A stretch of 64,000 nt of DNA from Ascoidea asiatica JCM 7603 (Eukaryota > Fungi > Ascomycota), in the NCBI GenBank assembly GCA_001600695.1, contig BCKQ01000001.1, positions 978,326-1,042,325 on the forward strand, read 5' to 3'. Each line of letters starts with the position of its first letter. Position 1 is the stretch's first letter. The notes below the pieces were generated by a model that saw only the letters and a list, made by a program, of their open reading frames with translations, had not been told where the DNA came from and did not search any database. The translations under genes were made by a program, and so were the position numbers. Below, piece by piece: positions 30,401 through 40,707 of the stretch.

Positions 30401-32083
30401 TAAAGGACTTATTTGATCGTCATCAATAATTTTATTTGTTTTTGTGAATATAGAGCCAAGTTGTGATATACTCCTTGATGGAATTGGAGTAGATATTGAT
30501 CTACCTTGTAGGTTTGAAATACTGTTATGAGAAGAAGAGATATTAGTGAAAGATGTTGATGGAGTTGATAAAGACACTTTTGTAGTTGGAGAAGATTTCA
30601 TACTTTTTGGATTTATTTGTATTGGGGGACTTAAGCTTGTATGTACGGAATTTCTTAAAGAAGTTTTTATAGGGGTATTTGAAGAATTACTCGACGAGAT
30701 ATTATCATAATTGTCGATTGAATTGGCGGACGAATTATTTAAAGAATTATGTAAGGAACTATTTATAATTGAATTTGTTGTAAATGATGGAGTACTTCTT
30801 GATTTTTTATGATTATTATTGAAATTTTTTTTATTATTTCCATTCAGTTTTTTGTGATTATTACTTAGATTACTATAATTACTATTAATATCGGGATGGA
30901 AAAAATCACTTTGATTTAAAGTATTCAGGGTATATTGTCTTTTTAAGGATGCCAAATTTTTAAGATAATTTGAATCTAGATCAGATAAAAATGAATTAAT
31001 TTCAGTTTTTAATTGATCTTTTGAAAAATCTATATTAGTTTCAGTATTAGAAGTTGTGTTTGGAAAATCTTGATTAAAAATATAATTATTTAATAGTAGA
31101 TTTATTTTTCTTTTATAATTTAGGTCTAATAAATTTAATTCGTTTGATTTAAGATTAATATCATTTGATAGTTTATTTATAATAATATCTTTTGATACAA
31201 TTATTTTTAGTAAATTTTGGTTGATTTGATTGATCTCGTTAATGTTTGATATTATATCGTTTATATAATTATTTATATTATCAAAACTATTCGAAGTTAA
31301 AATAGTTAAAGGAATTGAATCAGATGAAGATACTGAACAATACGATGGAGTTGATTTATGTGTGTAGTTGATATTATTATTATTGTTATTATTGATATTA
31401 TTATTATTTGTAATATTAGAAGAATTGATATTTGTAGATATGTTTGGATTATTTATTGATTTTGTTTTAGTTTTTGTATTTGTATTTAAATTTGAATTTA
31501 GATTTGAATTCGAGTTTGAATGTAAATTTGGATTTGGATTTGATAAAGGCCTTCTATGAGAGTTTTGAAAAGAAAAAGAATTATTTCTGGTATTGCTTTT
31601 ATGAATAGAACTATAATTCAGATTATTGAGATTCTTATTTTTAATATTATTATTTTTGTTAATAGCTATTGGATTAGAATTAGGATTAGAATTAGAATTA
31701 TATGAGCTAGCTCTTTTATGAATTGAACTTGGTCTATTTCTCGAATTTATACTATTAATTTTATTTACACTTGAAGCTGTTGCTGATCTTGAATGTGTGG
31801 CTGACGCGTTTGCAACTAAATCAATACGTCTGTTATTTATATTACTTATATTTCTTGAATTAATAATTGAGTTTCTACTAGAATTTGAAATACTTCTGGG
31901 ACTATTTATATTTCTGATGTTATTATTTCTTATAATGGGTGATTTATTCTTATTGAGAATATTGTCATTTTTATTACTGATATTATCAATTGATTGAGAG
32001 TTTTTTAGGATTGAATCTAATTGATCTGATTTGTCTATGGTTGGATTATATTTTAATTTATTTGTTAAAATTGAACTGGCCAT
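27470..32083 (-). CDS. TBC-domain Rab GTPase-activating protein with a long N/S-rich N-terminus
   Basis: LVFNGIPMNFRQKIW, Arg finger IKLDIHRT and Gln finger IGYCQGMN. Confidence 0.9.
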   Translation of the reverse strand: MASSILTNKLKYNPTIDKSDQLDSILKNSQSIDNISNKNDNILNKNKSPIIRNNNIRNINSPRSISNSSRNSIINSRNISNINNRRIDLVANASATHSRSATASSVNKINSINSRNRPSSIHKRASSYNSNSNPNSNPIAINKNNNIKNKNLNNLNYSSIHKSNTRNNSFSFQNSHRRPLSNPNPNLHSNSNSNLNSNLNTNTKTKTKSINNPNISTNINSSNITNNNNINNNNNNNINYTHKSTPSYCSVSSSDSIPLTILTSNSFDNINNYINDIISNINEINQINQNLLKIIVSKDIIINKLSNDINLKSNELNLLDLNYKRKINLLLNNYIFNQDFPNTTSNTETNIDFSKDQLKTEINSFLSDLDSNYLKNLASLKRQYTLNTLNQSDFFHPDINSNYSNLSNNHKKLNGNNKKNFNNNHKKSRSTPSFTTNSIINSSLHNSLNNSSANSIDNYDNISSSNSSNTPIKTSLRNSVHTSLSPPIQINPKSMKSSPTTKVSLSTPSTSFTNISSSHNSISNLQGRSISTPIPSRSISQLGSIFTKTNKIIDDDQISPLTKVQNNISQNNLSQTHICQNDLYSISTPQSVVPQENTISIEDNTINRHSSILENLNTSINKFNEFLKKNNLTISTSKLNFNKSKNNEPPKTPIDQITPENQTDQNDTDINKRDQANSPQNNGESSSTSNELVPKFNITPITPISSSSLTNIYYYHYQTLLDKNINDDTIQEMENENEFDSDTIENSDEIQKEDPETSTESNKPDESITKYNRNNTYKSKNIEENAGDNDENETANETEFHISHDISTSTGLNFSSTFNDTESVSNTIDTSLDSNNSISSSTSESFLMTHKINSMFNSNSFNMNNSSFSSDTGNTVQTRARHSSLINFKFNNINNWFSNRNSLNLTNNEIDNGISNNIKNNNRNEIQRLSIKKDQIIETSEILSSNNNSDSSKIPLELDNLIPNSEKPPTLLNNIHNRLIDRYGCFYDYDHFINNPPALSISHSPATTVSTSLTKKKKILDQKIDQKINQKNENKLYSSTTNLIKIAKKHDQKVQKINYAWNEFFTKVSISYNNASKQRIRSLSKSQAQLKKRTRSASMTNFDIKDEIMEENNHKLYSTFIGEVEEENDSTASDVEDNEEEINNNDNKLARLIPRSPLRGAVTNNLDDEIQSLLEEELISKDDYLGIFGTNLKKNNIKLYKEFRRLVFNGIPMNFRQKIWEECSGSKSIIIPGEYYDLLRNDINLTTINTLKKNKNFENLLKSESQIKLDIHRTMPYNIFFHGNDGPGVIKLKNILIAFNRKFPEIGYCQGMNLIVAIILLIFPKEEEAFWFFINITENILSKEFFKFDSKAIEIDSKVFSKLFKKYLPKLNFYLIEIKKINLDSIIINWFLTLLIDILPIEILFKCWDIILCLKGEIEIFRIFISIFKFFEKNLMIIEEESEIYDFLKNIKKKFKFFRFKSTDLTKLLNNYDNLISDDEIFKIRNNVLVEIHKINNESSSSNSDNSDNSDIDEYINRDNYRDNDNGVGNGANQFVL

Positions 32084-33331
32084 CTGACTTGAATTGAAAA
32101 GGTTTCATTATTGATATTGATTAATAGATTAAATTTATTTATCTACTGTTTGAAATATCTAATTTGAATTATACAGTATATCTTCAGATATTTGAGATAT
32201 TATTGAGAGTAAAAGATTTTTTATATTATGAGCCTATAACCTGTATAGGAAGAAAGGTCTAAAGAAATATAATAAAAAAAAAGAGATTCCAAGATTTATT
32301 GATGTTCTTATATATAAATGAAATCAGTTTGATAATCTTGTAAAATTCATTCAAAAAGATATTTTTATCTCATAAAAAGTATGTTTGATTTATCTTAAGA
32401 TAATATATCACTGAATTATAAATGCAGTAGTAACTTTATGTGTAATTAATAATTCAGTATGAAAATAAACGAATTTCCAATATCGAAGTGGTGGGAGTTA
32501 AGTTTTGAGTATCTTTTATAAAATATTTTGTAATTCAGTTGTAATTGATGTGAATTGTGAATAATTATTGTGATTTATTTCATGTTTATTTCATGATTTA
32601 GCCTAAGTTTTTGGTAATTGCTTTAGTTCTTCTTTTATGTTTTGGATCCTTTTGATCGTTTTTGTTTGTTTTCTGATCTTGTTGATGTTTTTGTAAGCAA
32701 ATTCCCAAACCGCTTTGACCTCGCTCCCGATCAGAGTCCCTGAATCACCCCGATTCATGAGTGTTTCCCTTAAAAACGGGAACAGTCCAGCCACTGAATT
32801 CTGAAACGTATTTCTCAAGCAGGTTATTTCCCTGGCATTACAGAATCTAATGTAACGGCTATTTGCTTAGAAATGGTTAAAACCTGTCACTTTACACTAC
32901 AAAGACGGAGGCGTCACCCAGTGAATACATGCAATTTTTCATTTTTTTCCTGATTTTTATAAATTTTAATATATTTTCTTTGTTTTTTGTTTATTTTTAC
33001 CTGATTTGTTCACATTTATTTTTTATTTTGATTATTTTATAGTTTTGATTTATTCTATTAATCGTTTTTTTACTTTTTTATTGTTTGTTTTTGTCATTTG
33101 GCTTTATTTAACTTGGAATTTTTTGATCAAAAGTTGTCCACCCCTATTGGCTTTTGACTTTTTCAATGAAAAAATTTCATCCATTTTCTTGACCTATTGT
33201 TGTTGTTGTTGTTGTTGCTTGAATTTTCATTCTTTCATTCTCAATAAATAACAAACAATCCAAATCAAGTAAAACCAGCAAAAAATAAAAATCTATAATA
33301 AATAAATATTCAAAAAATATTGAATTTTACT

Positions 33332-34753
33332 TCAAAGGCATCGAGAATGGACTAATTCAGGATTTTCTTGATATTCACCATATGTTACCCACATTTTTTT
33401 AAATGTACTTAATCCACCAAGGATACTACCTCCAATCCAAGTACTATATTTTCTTTCAGGTGGTGCATATATTTTAATTTTTGTTCTTCTACTTGTATTG
33501 CTTTTCAATTCTAATAATAATCTTTCCCCAAATCCTTTGATCAATGTATTACCTCCACTTAAAACAATATTTTTAAATAATGAATTCCTTAGATCTAAAT
33601 CAATTTTATTTATACTCTCAATTATTATATCTTGAATTCCATTATATTCACTACCTATTATATCTGGCTGAAAAAGTATTTCTGGACTTCTAAATCTTTC
33701 AGTACCAATATTTATAACTTTACCATCCGGCAATTTGAAACTTTCATATTTCTTATTTCGTGAATTATCGTCTTTTTTCTTAAAACATTCCTGTTCATCA
33801 TTCATATTACTATTGCTATTATTATTATTGCTAGTATTATTATTTGAAATGTTACTATTTGAGTTATTATTATCATTATTATTATTATTGTTGTTTCTGT
33901 TATCTATAGTTGCACCACCGATAACTTTATTATCTATTTTTTTTTTATCAATTATATCCAATTTTGTTGAATTATTTTTATTTTTATTATCATTACCACT
34001 CCCACTGATGTTACTATTGTTATTATTATTATTACTCATAGTTAACCAATCTCTTTCTTCTTTTTTTGGATCTTTTGATATATAACAACATTTTTCCTTT
34101 ATTATCCTAACGATTTCTTTTTCTGCACTAGTTTGTAATAATATTCCATTTCTTCTTAATAATAATTGCAAATGTTCAGTTATATCTCTACCTGCTAAAT
34201 CAATTCTTTTTATAGCACTTGGTAATGAAAATCCTTCATAAACAGGTACACTATGAGAAACTCCATCACCTGAGTCTAATACTAAACCAGTAGTTTTACC
34301 ACTAGAGTATAAAGCCAATACAGCTTGTATACTAAAATAAATTGCAGGAGAATTGAATGTTTCAAAAAAAATTTGAGAAATTTTATCCCTATTTCCTTTT
34401 GGATTCAATGGTGCTTCAGTTAATAAACATGGATGATCTTCTGGGCTAATTCTTAAATCATTCAAATAAATTGATTGCCACAACAATTCCATATCTTCCC
34501 AATTCTCAACAATTCCATGACTTATTGGATGATTTAATTTTAATAACCCTCGATTTTCTTGAGCTCTATTTCCAATGAAATTATTATCTTCGATTTCTCC
34601 AGCCATTACTCTGGAATATTTAGGTCTACCAACTATGGAAGGACAGTAACTTTTTGGTCTTTCTTCACCTGCAAATCCTGCTTTAATGGTTCCAGATCCA
34701 TTGTCAATGACCACTGGCTGATTCAATAATATATTTGAAGCTTCTGTTTCCAT
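33332..34753 (-). CDS. ARP1: Actin-related protein Arp1 (centractin, dynactin filament)
   Basis: NQPVVIDNGSGTIKAGFAG, TSAEKEIVRIIKE and KIKIYAPPERKYSTWIGGSIL. First ATG is at 34753 (the track starts at TTG 34813). Confidence 0.92.
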   Translation of the reverse strand: METEASNILLNQPVVIDNGSGTIKAGFAGEERPKSYCPSIVGRPKYSRVMAGEIEDNNFIGNRAQENRGLLKLNHPISHGIVENWEDMELLWQSIYLNDLRISPEDHPCLLTEAPLNPKGNRDKISQIFFETFNSPAIYFSIQAVLALYSSGKTTGLVLDSGDGVSHSVPVYEGFSLPSAIKRIDLAGRDITEHLQLLLRRNGILLQTSAEKEIVRIIKEKCCYISKDPKKEERDWLTMSNNNNNNSNISGSGNDNKNKNNSTKLDIIDKKKIDNKVIGGATIDNRNNNNNNNDNNNSNSNISNNNTSNNNNSNSNMNDEQECFKKKDDNSRNKKYESFKLPDGKVINIGTERFRSPEILFQPDIIGSEYNGIQDIIIESINKIDLDLRNSLFKNIVLSGGNTLIKGFGERLLLELKSNTSRRTKIKIYAPPERKYSTWIGGSILGGLSTFKKMWVTYGEYQENPELVHSRCL

Positions 34754-35244
34754 GATTAAAAAGAACAAAAAAATAAAAAGAAATATAGTTAAAAACTTCA
34801 AATAAGCAGTCAATTTGTTGCCAGTTGGTAATCCACTATACTAAGAATCCTCTTTTATTATAACAAGAATAACACTTCTGCAGTGCTTTGATAATTTTTT
34901 TTTTCAAAGTTGTATTTACATTTCTGATCTCTTTTCAAAACTTAACAATAACAAATAAACAACACTTTCAAATATTTAGTCCAAGACTACGAGATCCGGC
35001 ATTTTGTTGACATCCGCTGTCATAATTAGCGTTCTAAAAAGGTATGTATCTAAGCTTTACACTTCAACCGCAATGCGGAAATGCCAACAGATTGCCGGAT
35101 ATTAATATTTGATTTTACTTTACTCATTTAAATTCAGTTTTATTTATTTTCATTTAGTTTTATTTATTTTTATTCAATTTCATTGATTTTTATTGATTTT
35201 TAGTCTCTGAGATGTATATAAAATAATAGTTAATAAAAAAAAAA

Positions 35245-36333
35245 TTACAATTGTAGTAATTCTGAGATATTATAATCAAAACCAGCCTTATTCAATTCTT
35301 TTTGTTTTATAGCTAATCTTTTGATTTGTTGAGCCTTTAATTTTTTCCATCTATGTTGATTTTTAGATTCATCATAATTACTAGCATCAATTGATTTCCA
35401 TGGAAGTTTTTCAAATTTTTTATCACTTCCTTTGAATATATCATCAAAATGATGTAATTTAAAAGATTTCAACATTTCTTTAGTAAATATATGACATTTG
35501 ATTAAATGATTAAATAAAAGATAATTATTCATTGTTTCACAAGCAATTTTAGCAACTTCAATATCTTCAAATTCTAAGAAACCATAATGTTTTGATTTAC
35601 CTGTTTTTTTATTTCTTGATAATCTTAATCTTGTAACAGTACCAAATTGTTCAAAATATTTTTTTAGCTGATCTTCTTCAAAACTTAATGGTAATCTACC
35701 AATATAAATTATTCCTCTTTTACCCTTTTTATTTGATGATTGAATTTTACCCTTTGATTCATCAACTTTTTGTTCCTTAACTGTATACTTTTTAGCAGTC
35801 AATTCGTTTTCAGCATTTTTTTTATCTGTTTCTAATTCTGCTTTAGAGTTTGAATCTAATTCATCTGCATCAGAATCAGAATCAGAATCTGAAAAATCTG
35901 AAAAAGAATTATCTATAGTATTACCTATTTCTTCATCACTATCACTATCACTATCACTATCGCTTTCATTATCTTCTGCAATATAGGAAGAATCAGATTC
36001 ACCTTCACTTTCTTCTAATTTCAATTCATCTTTTGATAATTCTTTAGCTTGTTTCTTCTGTAATTCTTTCTTAGTAAGTTCTTTTTTATCACCATTAGTT
36101 TCATCTTTTTTTATTTCTTTCTTTTGTTTCTTTGAATCATTTTTCTTTAGTTCATCTTTTTTTGGTATGTTTTTCTTTGGGGAAATTTTTTTAGGAGCTT
36201 CTTTAGTAATTGTTTTTTTACTAGAAGTATCCTTTTGGACATTATTTACTTTCTTCAATACTTCTTTCTTAGAAGTTATGTGTTGAGACTTAGAGTCTTT
36301 TGATTTTTTAGAATTTTTTGCAGCTTTACCCAT
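35245..36333 (-). CDS. NOP15: Pre-60S RRM protein Nop15
   Basis: GIIYIGRLP..YFEQFG.VTRLRLSRNKKTGKSKHYGFLEF..ACETMNNYLLFNH, with a K-rich and acidic N-terminus. Confidence 0.92.
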   Translation of the reverse strand: MGKAAKNSKKSKDSKSQHITSKKEVLKKVNNVQKDTSSKKTITKEAPKKISPKKNIPKKDELKKNDSKKQKKEIKKDETNGDKKELTKKELQKKQAKELSKDELKLEESEGESDSSYIAEDNESDSDSDSDSDEEIGNTIDNSFSDFSDSDSDSDADELDSNSKAELETDKKNAENELTAKKYTVKEQKVDESKGKIQSSNKKGKRGIIYIGRLPLSFEEDQLKKYFEQFGTVTRLRLSRNKKTGKSKHYGFLEFEDIEVAKIACETMNNYLLFNHLIKCHIFTKEMLKSFKLHHFDDIFKGSDKKFEKLPWKSIDASNYDESKNQHRWKKLKAQQIKRLAIKQKELNKAGFDYNISELLQL

Positions 36334-36453
36334 TGTTCAAATGAAAATATTATGCTATAACTATCTACAGTACTGTTTCTCAATAATGTGATTTATAAGT
36401 AAATTCAAATAAGAATAGCGATAATTGCTTCGTTTATAAAATAAAATTACATT

Positions 36454-36499
36454 TGAAAATTTAATCAAACTTAATTAAAATTTAAATCTCAATTTTTCA
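36454..36499 (-). promoter_or_regulatory. RRPE-like elements upstream of NOP15
   Basis: TGAAAATTT at 36454-36462 and AATTTTTCA at 36491-36499. Similar elements precede RRP42 (38787-38795), SSF1 (42267-42277) and SGD1 (57031-57040). The AT-rich background weakens the call. Confidence 0.5.
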
Positions 36500-36840
36500 G
36501 CATCCCAAAAAAAAAAATATTTTTAAGTTTCGAGGCTTGTTAATTATGGCTGGTGAAGTGCACTGCCACGGTTCATGGATATTAAACTTATGATCACGTT
36601 TCCGTCTTTTTTTTGGACACTCGAGACAAAAACCTGACTCGGACAGCGGATTTAGTTTTGGTTTGTTGTTGTTTCATTCTAGCGCCAGAGCAAAATCAAG
36701 ATCTGAATTAAATTCAATTCCAAATTCAAAACCACCAGAAAAAGGAATGTTTGAAATCTAGGAACCCTTTTACTTTTGATAAGAATCAATTAACTATAAT
36801 TTTACTCTTAATTTGAAATTGAATATATCTATTAAACAAA

Positions 36841-37394
36841 ATGGTATGGGCGCTTATTTATAATTTTCTCTTTTTTTTTGTATCATATTTCTCGAATCAG
36901 ATTTTACTAACTTTTAGGTATAATTTTTCTAATTATTTTTTATAAAGTCTGACCAACTTACTGATGAACAAATAAACGAATTCAAAGAAGCTTTTTCTTT
37001 GTTTGATAAAGACAATGATGGTAAAATCACAACCAAAGAATTAGGTATTGTAATGAGATCTTTAGGTCAAAATCCTTCAGAAAGTGAATTAAATGATATG
37101 ATTAATCAAATTGATATTAATAGTGATGGAAATATTGATTTTCCAGAATTTTTAACTTTAATGGCAAAAAAATTAAAAGAAACTGATTCTGAAGCTGAAA
37201 TTTTAGAAGCTTTTAAAGTTTTCGATAAAAATGGTGATGGTAAAATTTCTGCTGCCGAACTAAGGCATGTTTTAACTTCAATTGGTGAAAAGTTAACTGA
37301 TGGTGAAGTTGATGAAATGATTAGAGAAGCTGATACTAATAATGATGGTGAAATAGATATCGCTGAATTTACTCAACTTTTAGCTTCGAAATAA
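36841..37394 (+). CDS. CMD1: Calmodulin, 149 aa: exon 1 is the ATG (36841-36843), intron 36844-36947, exon 2 36948-37394
   Basis: ATG|GTATGG..TACTAAC(36905-36911)..AAG|TCT GAC CAA gives [23 protein letters not shown]. Four EF-hand loops, including an intact EF4 ([12 protein letters not shown]). Confidence 0.95.
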
Positions 37395-37623
37395 TCAATT
37401 CATTAAATATATACAATGTATATATAATTTAAATTATCTCAAAATATAATACTATAATATTATTATTTATACCAAAATTTAATATATAACATTTCAATAT
37501 TAATAAAAAAATTGTACATAAGTAAAAAATTATGATATATTTAAAAATTAAAACTAAATGATATATAATGTATAAGGTATGATTTATAATCTATTAAATA
37601 CAGTATAAAGCAAAATATAAATA

Positions 37624-38634
37624 TTAAAACATTGGTCTTAAAAAATCATCATCTTCACTTTCTTTTGCAATAATATCTAATTCTTTAGCTATTTTTTCAG
37701 CAACATCATTAATTAAATTAATGGATTTTTTAAAATGTTCAAAATTTAAACCAAAATCTTTAGAATATTCATTTAATCTATTATTTGATAATTTAATTGT
37801 TTCAATTGGATTAATTATATTATTTGAGCACCATCCAATAATTAATCCATTATCACTCACATATTCTTCTTCAATTGTTGGATCAAGAAATAAATTATTT
37901 GAAATTATAGCAATATTAAATATTAATGGTGGTGTTAATTTACAATTCTCTGGAAATAATGAAATGGAGTTACTCCAATCATCTGAGAAAATTGGTAATT
38001 CATTATTAGTATTACTTTCATCTCCATTAACTTTAAATTTATTTTCATTTTTTTTATTTATTTCATTCATATACTTATTTTTGTTATTATTATTATTATT
38101 ATTGTTGTCTTCATCAATATTATCCTCTAAATCATTTATAACCAATGGTAATTCTGTAGATTTTAATGCCAAATATGTCGCAAAACTTATTAAACTTAAT
38201 GGAAAATTTACCTCATTTAGTCCTGCATTTGATATAAATAATGTATCTATAGATAATTTGAAATAATTATTTTTAAAACCTTTTAATTTCAATAATTCAA
38301 AATCTAAACTATTTCTAAGAAATTTATTAAAAATTGTAGATAAGTTTGTTATTAAATTTGAATCATCTCTAAATCCAGGTATATTAAATGAAAAATCAAT
38401 TAAATCAGAAAAACTTTCCTCACTTGTCAATACCACAACCGAAGCTTTTATACTAACAATACATTCATTACCATCACTTAATCTAATTCTTGATGAACCA
38501 TTAGAATTTGGTAAAAAATTGCAAACTGCTTCAATTGGCCTAAATTGATTAACTGCTCTAGAATCTGGCCTTATAGGCGTAGGTAAAGACAAACTATCAT
38601 GTAAGTAATCTCTTTCTGCGGGAGAAAAAATCAT
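37624..38634 (-). CDS. RRP42: Exosome RNase-PH-like subunit Rrp42
   Basis: MIFSPAERDYLHDSL..PIRPDSR..QFRP, FLPNSNGSSRI, LPIFSDDW and NLFLDPTIEEE. Confidence 0.9.
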   Translation of the reverse strand: MIFSPAERDYLHDSLSLPTPIRPDSRAVNQFRPIEAVCNFLPNSNGSSRIRLSDGNECIVSIKASVVVLTSEESFSDLIDFSFNIPGFRDDSNLITNLSTIFNKFLRNSLDFELLKLKGFKNNYFKLSIDTLFISNAGLNEVNFPLSLISFATYLALKSTELPLVINDLEDNIDEDNNNNNNNNKNKYMNEINKKNENKFKVNGDESNTNNELPIFSDDWSNSISLFPENCKLTPPLIFNIAIISNNLFLDPTIEEEYVSDNGLIIGWCSNNIINPIETIKLSNNRLNEYSKDFGLNFEHFKKSINLINDVAEKIAKELDIIAKESEDDDFLRPMF

Positions 38635-39050
38635 CTGAATTATTTCTTTTGAATGGTGTATAATTTATATTTACTACTGTAGATATATTTTTGTTTATAT
38701 AATATGATTATCTAAAAGTACCAAATGGGTTTTATTTGAATTATATTTTAAAAAATCGAAGTTTTAAAATGTAAAATCTTAAAAGGAAATTTTCAAAATT
38801 ATTCAAGAAAAAAAATTTAAAATCCTTCCCTCGCGGATTTCCACTAACATAAATTTATTCATTTTTCGTGTCTAATAGAAGAAGCATTGAAAAAACAATA
38901 ATCAAATATTAATAAACATCCTTCAAGAAGATTATCGTGGATATATCTTTGAAAATAATAATCAAAAATTTAATTAAAAAACCTTTCATTATAAAGTATT
39001 TTTTTAAATGGTTTTTCATTAGGTTCCTTTCTTGCATTTTTAACGGAAAA

Positions 39051-40607
39051 ATGAGTCGCAGAAATCCCGAATACTACAAAACTTTTCAAAATGAATCTAA
39101 TCCTCAAAATTTAAGTGAGTTCAATGCGAGATTAATTGAACATAAAGGTTTCTGTGTTTCTTTGCCTTTTCTCCTAATTGGAGCTTATCGAATTAATTCT
39201 TGGAATGTAAATAGGCCCTCGGTTTTGATATTATCTGATTTAACTTCAGCAAATGATCCTTTGGTCGAATTAAGAGATATAGAGCCTTATGAATTAATAA
39301 ATGTTTATAATCCGATTCTTAATATTCGTTTAGATCAGCTTTTGTTAGGCTCCATCAGATCGAGAGACTTTATTAATTTGCAAAAGAGTTGCATAAAGTC
39401 AATGAGTTATGCCGTTACTCACAATCCTAAAAATTATATTGATCTTTCAAATCAGGGGATTTTGGTGATTGTTGAAATGTTTTTGAAAACTTATAAAGGT
39501 AGATTGGAAGCTTTGGTTAATAATATAGCTGTGATTGATGAAACATTAATCAAGAAGGATTTCAATAACATGAAAATGACATATCCAACATCTAATGTTA
39601 AAAATTTAATTAATAATTTAATCAGTAGAATAAATGAGAATGCTTCTGAAGATTGGTTAAAAAAGAGGTTAAATAAAAACTCGTTTTTATATAAGCAGTT
39701 ATCTAAAGATTTGAAAGATAATGAAGCATATCTATTTGCAAATATTCCTGATAATTCGTCTAATAAAGTGGATTCTCAAGAGCTTCATCATCTTTCAAAT
39801 TCAGATCCAAGTTCGGAAATAATATTTAATTTTAATAATTCAAATGATATCGATTCGCAATCGAACTTCAATTCTCAATTTACTCAAAATTATTTTGCAG
39901 AAGAATCTCAAAGATTAGAAAAGACACAATCACATTCCTCTCCTAGCCCGAAAAGATTTTACAATCAAAGCTTAGTAGCTAGGAACTATTCACCAACTAG
40001 TAAATATGATACTCCTAAAATACCAGGGACTGATTCTGAAAACCTTTCAGAATCTACTTCTTTCAAAAATGTAAATATAAAAAATATTAATTGTAATACA
40101 AATGAAAACCCACTAGTGCTTTCAATAAAACAAATCAATGATTTATATAATTCAGGTCAAATGGAAGAAAATTTATTCGAATTGAAAGATGTTGTTATTA
40201 TTGGAGTTGATTTCTATGATGAAACTTCTTTAAGTAAATTCTCATATGATTTTTTTTCAAATAAACCTCATAAAGCACTTAAAATTTTAGAATTTTCATT
40301 GATACTAGCTGATGAAAAAAAGCTTTCAGATGAGCCAGTTTATTCTTCGAAAGAATTACTAAAGCTTTCATTTACAACTGAAAAAGAAACAAAAAAATTC
40401 TTAAATATTCTTAAAACAAATTTGATTGATGAAACAAATCAAATTAGAATCAATAAAGAACTTCAAAATAGAGTAAAATCACTTGTTGATAATTTTGATC
40501 AAAAGTTTACATTTCTAGTAAAGCATACAATTTATCCAAATGGCTTCGAAGATATTTGGAGTCCAGTTAATGTTACATTAAAGGATCTTGTTTTGAAACT
40601 AAAATAA
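39051..40607 (+). CDS. CDC13: Short (Candida-type) Cdc13 telomeric ssDNA-binding protein, DBD OB fold + OB4, 518 aa
   Basis: From ATG 39051, MSRRNP, VLILSDLT and DLSNQGILVIVEMFLKTYKGRLEALV align with the S. cerevisiae Cdc13 DBD as recalled (MARKDP, FVFSDFT, NLSQYGIVCKMNIKVKMYNGKLNAIV). An S/N linker leads to a C-terminal beta-rich domain. Confidence 0.75.
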   Translation: MSRRNPEYYKTFQNESNPQNLSEFNARLIEHKGFCVSLPFLLIGAYRINSWNVNRPSVLILSDLTSANDPLVELRDIEPYELINVYNPILNIRLDQLLLGSIRSRDFINLQKSCIKSMSYAVTHNPKNYIDLSNQGILVIVEMFLKTYKGRLEALVNNIAVIDETLIKKDFNNMKMTYPTSNVKNLINNLISRINENASEDWLKKRLNKNSFLYKQLSKDLKDNEAYLFANIPDNSSNKVDSQELHHLSNSDPSSEIIFNFNNSNDIDSQSNFNSQFTQNYFAEESQRLEKTQSHSSPSPKRFYNQSLVARNYSPTSKYDTPKIPGTDSENLSESTSFKNVNIKNINCNTNENPLVLSIKQINDLYNSGQMEENLFELKDVVIIGVDFYDETSLSKFSYDFFSNKPHKALKILEFSLILADEKKLSDEPVYSSKELLKLSFTTEKETKKFLNILKTNLIDETNQIRINKELQNRVKSLVDNFDQKFTFLVKHTIYPNGFEDIWSPVNVTLKDLVLKLK

Positions 40608-40707
40608 AGAACATTAATATTGAAATTAATATTAAAGTTAAACTCTACACAGCTATATATATATGAACACTATATTTTTATTTTTGATAGTCTTTAACAT
40701 GGTTTAT

